A program made the position numbers and the translations under genes. A stretch of DNA of 64,000 bases from Vicinamibacterales bacterium (GTDB lineage: Bacteria; Acidobacteriota; Vicinamibacteria; Vicinamibacterales; UBA8438), in assembly GCA_965263055.1 (NCBI GenBank), contig OZ253581.1:553650-617649 (forward strand). The letters run 5' to 3'. Positions 54,401-63,400 of this stretch are shown in pieces (position 1 is the stretch's first letter; the number at the start of each line of letters is the position of its first letter). The notes below the pieces were generated by a model. That model did not search any database, was not told the DNA's origin, and saw only the letters and a list, made by a program, of their open reading frames with translations.

Positions 54401-57400
54401 CGCGTCCTGCGGGTCCTCGTAGTTGGGCGCCGCCTGGAACGTCAGCACGCCGGAGTTGTTGATGGAGAACAGCGCCTGGTCCGCGCCGCCGCTGAGCGCA
54501 TAGTCGGTGATGTCGTCAGTCGTGTCGCTGTCCTCCGCCTCCACCGTGCCCACCGCCGTCTGGTTCTCCGCCGGGTTGAAGGTCGTTGAAGAGGTGAACG
54601 ACGGCGCGGCGTTGGCGTCCGTCGCGCCGCTGCCCGAAGCGGACCAGCCGCCCGTGCCCTCGGCGTTCGTCGCCCGCACCTGCACCTGGTAGCTCGTGTC
54701 CTCCAGAAGCCCCGTGAGGATCGCCGTGAGGGCGGTGCCGATGTGGCTCCCGTCACTCCACGGCGCGCTCGTGCCCGCCCGGTACTGCACGTCGTAGTCC
54801 GTGATTTCCGGGCCGGCGTTGTCCGGCGCCGACCAGTTCACGTTCAGGCTCGTCACCGACGCCGGCGACACCGACGGCGCATCCGGCGCACCCGGCGCCT
54901 CGGTGTCGTCGTCCATCACCGTCACCGTGATGGTCTGGGTCCCCGTCTGCTCCCGGTCGCCCGTGCCGCTGGTCGCCTGCACCACCACCACATAGGCGTT
55001 GTCGGTGTTCGCGTCCTGCGGGTCCTCGTAGTTGGGCGCCGCCTGGAACGTCAGCACGCCGGAGTTGTTGATGGAGAACAGCGCCTGGTCCGCGCCGCCG
55101 CTGAGCGCGTAGCCGGTGATGTCGTCAGTCGTGTCGCTGTCCTCCGCCTCCACCGTGCCCACCGCCGTCTGGTTCTCCGCCGGGTTGAAGGTCGTGCTCG
55201 AGGTGAACGCCGGCGCCGCGTTCGCGTCCGTCGCGCCGCTGCCCGAAGCGGACCAGCCGCCCGTGCCCTCGGCGTTCGTCGCCCGCACCTGCACCTGGTA
55301 GCTCGTGTCCTCCAGAAGCCCCGTGAGGATCGCCGTGAGGGCGGTGCCGATGTGGCTGCCGTCACTCCACGGCCCGCTCGTGCCCGCCCGGTACTGCACG
55401 TCGTAGTCCGTGATCGCCGGGCCGTCGTTGTCCGGCGCCGACCAGGTCACCGTCAGGCTCGTCACCGACGCCGGCGACACCGACGGCGCATCCGGCGCGG
55501 CCGGCGCCTCGGTGTCGTCGTCCATCACCGTCACCGTGATGGTCTGGGTCCCCGTCTTCTCCCGGTCGCCCGTGCCACTGGTCGCCTGCACCACCACCAC
55601 ATAGGCGTTGTCGGTGTTCGCGTCCTGCGGGTTCTCGTAGTTGGGCGCCGCCTGGAACGTCAGCACGCCGGAGTTGTTGATGGAGAACAGCGCCTGGTCC
55701 GCGCCGCCGCTGAGCGCGTAGCCGGTGATGTCGTCAGTCGTGTCGCTGTCCTCCGCCTCCACCGTGCCCACCGCCGTCTGGTTCTCCGCCGGGTTGAAGG
55801 TCGTGCTCGAGGTGAACGCCGGCGCCGCGTTCGCGTCCGTCGCGCCGCTGCCCGAAGCGGACCAGCCGCCCGTGCCCTCGGCGTTCGTCGCCCGCACCTG
55901 CACCTGGTAGCTCGTGTCCTCCAGAAGCCCCGTGAGGATCGCCGTGAGGGCGGTGCCGATGTGGCTGCCGTCACTCCACGGCGCGCTCGTGCCCGCCCGG
56001 TACTGCACGTCGTAGTCCGTGATCGCCGGGCCGGCGTTGTCCGGCGCCGACCAGGTCACCGTCAGGCTCGTCACCGACGCCGGCGACACCGACGGCGCAT
56101 CCGGCGCGGCCGGCGCCTCGGTGTCGTCGTCCATCACCCTCACCGTGATGGTCTGGGTCCCCGTCTGCTCCCGGTCGCCCGTGCCACTGGTCGCCTGCAC
56201 CACCACCACATAGGCGTTGTCGGTGTTCGCGTCCTGCGGGTTCTCGTAGTTGGGCGCCGCCTGGAACGTCAGCACGCCGGAGTTGTTGATGGAGAACAGC
56301 GCCTGGTCCGCGCCGCCGCTGAGCGCATAGTCGGTCACCTCGTCGTCCGCGTCGCTGTCCGACGCCCGCACCGTGCCCACCGCCGTCTGGTTCTCCGCCG
56401 GGTTGAAGGTCGTTGAAGAGGTGAACGACGGCGCGGCGTTGGCGTCCGTCGCGCCGCTGCCCGAAGCGGACCAGCCGCCCGTGCCCTCGGCGTTCGTCGC
56501 CCGCACCTGCACCTGGTAGCTGGTGTCCTCCAGAAGCCCCGTGAGGATCGCCGTGAGGGCGGTGCCGATGTGGCTCCCGTCACTCCACGCCCCGCTCGTG
56601 CCCGCCCGGTACTGCACGTCGTAGTCCGTGATCGCCGGGCCGTCGTTGTCCGGCGCCGACCAGTTCACGTTCAGGCTCGTCACCGACGCCGGCGACACCG
56701 ACGGCGCATCCGGCGCGGCCGGCGCCTCGGTGTCGTCGTCCATCACCGTCACCGTGATGGTCTGGGTCCCCGTCTGCTCCCGGTCGCCCGTGCCGCTGGT
56801 CGCCTGCACCACCACCACATAGGCGTTGTCGGTGTTCGCGTCCTGCGGGTCCTCGTAGTTGGGCGCCGCCTGGAACGTCAGCACGCCGGAGTTGTTGATG
56901 GAGAACAGCGCCTGGTCCGCGCCGCCGCTGAGCGCGTAGCCGGTGATGTCGTCAGTCGTGTCGCTGTCCTCCGCCTCCACCGTGCCCACCGCCGTCTGGT
57001 TCTCCGCCGGGTTGAACGTCGTGCTCGAGGTGAACGAGGGCGCCGCGTTCGCGTCCGTCGCGCCGCTGCCCGAAGCGGACCAGCCGCCCGTGCCCTCGGC
57101 GTTCGTCGCCCGCACCTGCACCTGGTAGCTCGTGTCCTCCAGAAGCCCCGTGAGGATCGCCGTAAGGGCGGTGCCGATGTGGCTCCCGTCACTCCACGCC
57201 CCGCTCGTGCCCGCCCGGTACTGCACGTCGTAGTCCGTGATCTCCGGGCCGGCGTTGTCCGGCGCCGACCAGGTCACCGTCAGGCTCGTCACCGACGCCG
57301 GCGACACCGACGGCGCATCCGGCGCACCCGGCGCCTCGGTGTCGTCGTCCCTCACCGTCACCGTGATGGTCTGGGTCCCCGTCTGCTCCCGGTCGCCCGT

Positions 57401-60400
57401 GCCGCTGGTCGCCTGCACCACCACCACATAGGCGTTGTCGGTGTTCGCGTCCTGCGGGTCCTCGTAGTTGGGCGCCGCCTGGAACGTCAGCACGCCGGAG
57501 TTGTTGATGGAGAACAGCGCCTGGTCCGCGCCGCCGCTGAGCGCGTAGCCGGTGATGGCGTCGCCCGTGTCGCTGTCCGACGCCACCACCGTGCCCACCG
57601 CCGTCTGGTTCTCCGCCGGGTTGAAGGTCGTGCTCGAGGTGAACGCCGGCGCGGCGTTCGCGTCCGTCGCGCCGCTGCCCGAAGCGGACCAGCCGCCCGT
57701 GCCCTCGGCGTTCGTCGCCCGCACCTGCACCTGGTAGCTGGTGTCCTCCAGAAGCCCCGTGAGGATCGCCGTAAGGGCGGTGCCGATGTGGCTCCCGTCA
57801 CTCCACGCCCCGCTCGTGCCCGCCCGGTACTGCACGTCGTAGTCCGTGATCTCCGGGCCGTCGTTGTCCGGCGCCAGCCAGGTCACCGTCAGGCTCGTCA
57901 CCGACGCCGGCGACACCGACGGCGCATCCGGCGCGGCCGGCGCCTCGGTGTCGTCGTCCATCACCGTCACCGTGATGGTCTGGGTCGCCGTCTGCTCCCG
58001 GTCGCCCGTGCCGCTGGTCGCCTGCACCACCACCAGATAGGCGTTGTCGGTGCTCGCGTCCTGCGGGTCCTCGTAGTTGGGCGCCGTCAGGAACGTCAGC
58101 GCGCCCGACGTCGAGCCGATAGAGAACAGCGCCTGGTCCGCGCCGCCGCTGAGCGCGTAGTCGGTGATGGCGTCCCCGTCGAAGTCCCCCGCCCGGACCG
58201 TCCCCGCCGCGGTCTGGTTCTCCGCCGGGGTGAACGTGTCTGACGACGTAAACGCCGGCGCCGCGTTCGGGAAAACGTCGTTGTCGACGATCGTGCCGAT
58301 GGCGGAGTTGTCCTCGAGCCTCGCGTTGCTCGCGCTCCCCAGGGTCACCTCGAAGGTCTCGTCGCTCTCGACGAGTTCGTCGTCGACCACGCCGACCTGA
58401 AGCTGCGCCGTCGTCTGCCCCGGCGGGAACGTCACAAACCCATTCTGCGGGAAACTGGTGAAGTCCTCCTCTTCCGCCGTCTGACCGATGTTCAGGAACG
58501 TACCCCAGCCCACCGTCACCGTCCTGCCGCTCGCCGGCGTCAGCGTCACCGTGAACTCCACGTTGGACTCCTCGGGCGCCGATATATCGGCGATGATCAG
58601 CGCCGGCCGCGCGTCGTCGTCGGTGATCGTGCCCGTCGCGGTGGTCGCATCCGCTGCCAGCGTCGCGTTCGACGACGGGCTCGACAGCGCCACCGTGAAG
58701 GTCTCGTCGTTCTCGTCGAGGGCGTCCTCGGCCGTCGCCACTGTGAACGTCGCCGTCGTCTCGCCCTTGGGGACGGTCACCGACCCCGTCGTCGATTCGA
58801 GATCCGCGGCCGCCGCCTTCTCCTCGTCGCCCTCGATCGTCGACGCCGTCCAGGTCGCCGTCACGTCGTCCGTGGCCGCCGCCGACAGCGTCACGGTGAA
58901 CTCCACCGGAGCGCCCTCGGTCGCCGCCGCGTCCGCCACGCCCAGCGTCGGCGGGTCGTCGTTGTCGGTGATCGTGCCCGTCGCGGTCGCCTCTCCGAGG
59001 GTCGCGTTCGACGGACTCGACAGGGTCAGCGTGAAGGTCTCGGCGTCGGGCTCGTCGAGGGTGTCGTCTTCCGTCGCCACCGCGACGGTCGCCGTCGTGT
59101 CGCCGGGCATGACGGTCAGCGTGTCGCTCGCCGCCGTGAAGTCCGCGGGCGAGGTGGCGGTGTCGCCGGTCGTCGCCCAGTTCACCGACACCTCCCGGCC
59201 GCTCGCCGCCGACAGCGTCACCGGGAACTCCACCGGAGCGCCCTCGGCCGCCGTCGCATCGCCCACGCTCACCGTCGGCGGATCGTCGTCGTCCTCGATG
59301 GTGATGGTCGAGCGCGTCTTGTCGCCCGCCGTCGCGTTCTCGAAGTCGTAGATTTCCAGCGTGAAGGTCTCGTCGGGCTCGTCGAGATCGTCGATGCGGA
59401 TGGCATCTCCCTCAGAATAGTCGACGGTATCGCCGGCTGCGATTGCGTGTATTCCGCTAAGCAGGGACGAATTCAGGTCCAGGTCCGCATCCGTCGCCGT
59501 GTCGCCGGCCACAGCCACCCGCCGGACCTTGAACCGCACCCGCTTCTCGCTTGCCTCCGACAGCGTCACGCGGAACGGGAATCCGCTATCCACCAAATTG
59601 TCCGGGTCCCAAAGGCCTTCGATCACGGTCTGGTCCTCGACGCTGATGGTCGGCGGATCGTCGTTGTCGGTGATCGTGCCCGTCGCGGTCGCGTCCGACG
59701 CCAGCGTCGCGTTCGCCGACGGGCTCGACAGCGTCAGCGTGAAGGTATCGTTGTCCTCGTCGGTGGTGTCGTCCACCGTCGGCACCGTGATCGTCCCCGT
59801 CGTCTCGTTCGCCGAGACGGTCGCCGTCCCCGTCGTCGACTCGAAATCCGCCGTCTCCGCGCTGTCGCCGGTCTCGATCGACGCCGTCCAGGTCACCGTC
59901 ACGTCGGTCGTGGCCGCTTCCGACAGCGTCACCGTGAAGGCCACGCCATCGCTCTCGGCCGCCGCCGCGTTCGCCACGCTCAGCGTCGGCAGCACGTCGT
60001 TGTCCACGATCGTCACCGTCGCCTCGGACGGGGTTCCCGCCGTCACGCCGGCCGGCAGCGTCCCGAAGGAGAGCGACACGCTCTCGCCGGCGTCGACATC
60101 CGCGTCATCGGTCGCCGCCAGCGTGAAGGTCTGTTCCGTGTCGGTCGCGCCGAAGGTCACGCTCTCCGGCACCCCCGACCAGTCCGCCCCGGTCTCGCCC
60201 GGCGGCGTCGCGCCGCCCGCGCCCGCCGCCGAAACCGGCACCGTCACCTCGCGCCCCGGCGCGGCGTCGAGCTGCACCGTCACCGCCACCGTGCCGCCCT
60301 CGTCCACCGAGTACGACCCCGCCCCGAACGACACCGCCGCCGTATCGTTGTCCACGATCGTCAGCGTCGCCCGCACCGCATCGTGGGCGCCGTGCAGCGT

Positions 60401-63400
60401 GTGGATCAGCACAAACGCCGAGGTGGGGCTCATCTCCAGCACCACCGTCTCGTCGTCCTCCACCACTTCGTCGTCGTGGATCACGACGTCATGGGTCCAC
60501 ACGGCCTGGTAGCGCGGCTGCCCGTCCACCGTCGCCGGCGTGAAGTCCGACACCTGAAAGCGCGCCGTCACCGACACCGCATCGTAGTCAGTGCCTCCCG
60601 TCGCCGTGCCGCCGACGCGCGCCAGTTGCACCGCCAGTGCCGTCGCCGGCGGCGCGTTCTCCGCCGTCGTCGCCGTCACCCTGACCGTCACCGGGCCCGC
60701 GTCCTCGGCCACCGTCGCCGGAACCGCCAGCACGAAGTCCACCGGCACGTCGTTGTCGCTCACCGCCACCGTCGCCGCGCCCGGCTCGCCCACCGTGTAG
60801 CCGGTGTCGGTGCCCAGCGTCACCGTCACCGTCCCGGCGTCGTCGTCCGTGTCGTCGTCGTCGGTCTCCAGCGCCAGCGGGGCCGTGGCCGCATCCGCCG
60901 CGAAGGTCACCGACGACGGCACCGCGCTCGCATCCTTCAACACCGAGCCGGTCTCGCTCACCGCCACCGCCACCGTCAGCGCTGCCGTCGTCGACCCGGT
61001 GCGCGACAGCGTGAACGCCGCATCCGTGCCCTCCGTCACCGTCTCGCCGCCGGTCGCCGCCGCCACCGTCACGGTCGGCAGCCCCTCCGCCCGCGTCACC
61101 GTCACCGTGTAGGTCTCCGTCGTCGTGCCGTCTTCGGCCGTCACCCGCACCGTGATGACGTTCGCGCCCACGTCCAGCGGCACCTGGTGGCCGGCCGCCG
61201 TGTCCGCGTCGGCGATCGGATTGCCGTCCGAGTCCAGATACGCCACCGAGGCGCCGTCGTCGCTCTTCGTCGCCGTGAACGTCAGCGTCTCGACGTCGTT
61301 GGCCACCATCGCCGTGTAGGTGGTGGTGTCCGAGCCAAAGGTCAGCAGGTCCGTACCGCCGCCGCTCACGGCGAGCCCGCTCAACGTCGCGTCGGTGGAG
61401 GCGGCGCCCACGCGCACCGTGGCCGTGTCGGTATCGGTGTAGGTACTCCCGCCCTTCCCCGTGACCGTCAGCGTGAACACCAGGTCGCCGTCCGACGAAG
61501 GCGCGGTAAAGCTCGCGCTATCGGTGTCGGCGCCGCTGAGCGTGACCGTCGCGCCGCTCGTCTTCGTCCATTGGTAGGTGACGTTCGTACCCCAGGCGCC
61601 GCCGCTGGCGCTGCCGTCGAGGGTCACCGCCGCGCCCTGCGCCACCCGCTGGTCTCCGCCCGCATTCGCCGTCGGCACGAACTCGTCGGTGCCGGGGTTG
61701 CCTTCCAGTTTGAGTGTCGCGAGCGCGGTGAGGTCGTCGAAAACGCCCGCCGGCAGGCTGATCAGGGAGTTGTAGTGCAGCCCGAGGTACGTCAGCGCGG
61801 TGAGTTCGTCGAAAACGCCCGCCGGAAGGTTGCTCAGGGAGTTGTTGCCCAGGCCGAGGCCCGTCAGCGCGGTGAGGCCGTCGAAAACGCCCGCTGGCAG
61901 GTCGCTCAGGGAGTTGTCGTTCAGGTCGAGTGTCGTGAGCGCGGTGAGGCCGTCGAAAACGCCCGCCGGAAGGTTGCTCAGGGAGTTGCGGTTCAGGCGG
62001 AGTTCCGTGAGCGCGGTGAGGTCGTCGAAAACGCCCGCCGGAAGGTTGCTCAGGGAGTTGCCACCCAAGCCGAGCAACGTGAGCGCGGTGAGGTCGTCGA
62101 AAACGCCCGCCGGCAGGTCGCTCAGGGAGTTGTCCCCCAGGTAGAGTGTCGTGAGCGCGGTGAGGTCGTCGAAAACGCCCGCCGGAAGGTTGCTCAGGGA
62201 GTTGTTGTACAGGTGGAGTTCCGTGAGCGCGGTGAGGCCGTCGAAAATGCCCGCCGGCAGGTTGCTCAGGGAGTTGTTGTCCAGGTCGAGGCGCGTGAGC
62301 GCGGTGAGGCCGTCAAAGTCGCCCTCCTTCAGGTCGAGGCGCGTGAGCGCGGTGAGGCCGTCAAAGTCGCCCTCCTTCAGCGACGTGATGCCCGCGTCTG
62401 ACAAATCCAAAAACCCGATTGCCGCCAGATGCGCAGCCGTCACGTTGGCGCAGGCGCTGACCCCGGACACCGCCGCCACGATGGCGTCGCGCACCTGCTC
62501 GGTGCGCTCGCACACGCCGGGAAGGGCCGCTCGGGTCACCGTGACGGTGTAGGTCTTCACGGTGCTGCCGTCTTCGGCAGTCACCTTGACCTTGATGACG
62601 TTCTCGCCGAGAGCAAGCGAGGCGTCGAGCGCGTCCGTGTTCGTATCGGCGTCCGTGATGGCGGCGTCGCTGCTATCGAGAAACTCGACCGTCGCAGCGT
62701 CGGCGGTCGTCGAGGGCGTCACCGTGATCGTCGAGATCGAGTTTTCCACCAACGCCGTGTAGTCCGTGGTCGCCGCGGCGAACGTCGGCGCCAGCGTCCC
62801 GTCGCTCAAGCTCAGAGCCCTCAGCGTGGCGTCGGTGGAGGCGGCGCCCACGCGCACCGTGGCCGTGTCGGTATCGGTGTAGGTACTCCCGCCCTTCCCC
62901 GTGACCGTCAGCGTGAACACCAGGTCGCCGTCCGACGAAGGCGCGGTAAAGCTCGCGCTATCGGTGTCGGCGCCGCTGAGCGTGACCGTCGCGCCGCTCG
63001 TCTTCGTCCATTGGTAGGTGACGTTCGTACCCCAGGCGCCGCCGCTGGCGCTGCCGTCGAGAGTCACCGCCGCGCCCTGCGCTACCCGCTGGTCTTCGCC
63101 CGCATTCGCCGTCGGCACGAAGTCGTCGGTGCCGGGGTTGTTGTCCAGAGAGAGATCCGTGAGCGCGGTGAGATTCTCGAAAACGCCCGCCGGCAGGCCA
63201 CTCAGGGAGTTGCCGCCCAGGGTGAGGTCCGTGAGCGCGGTGAGGTTGTCGAACACCCCGGCGGAAAGCGTGTCCAGAGAGTTGGTGTGCAGATACAGAT
63301 ACTTCAACGAGGTCAGCTCGTTGAACACCCCGGCGGGAAGCATGGTCAGCCCGTTGTGAGTCAGACTCAGCGCCGTCAGCGAGGTCAGCTCGTCGAACAC

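Noticed and set aside
52795-58270. Strictly periodic repeats could be mistaken for a CRISPR array, or for a DGR variable region given the clustered variable patch.
   Set aside because: The period is 609 bp and the repeats are in-frame protein-domain repeats inside one ORF, with no short repeat/spacer structure. No reverse transcriptase, template repeat or adenine-specific substitution pattern is visible in the window.
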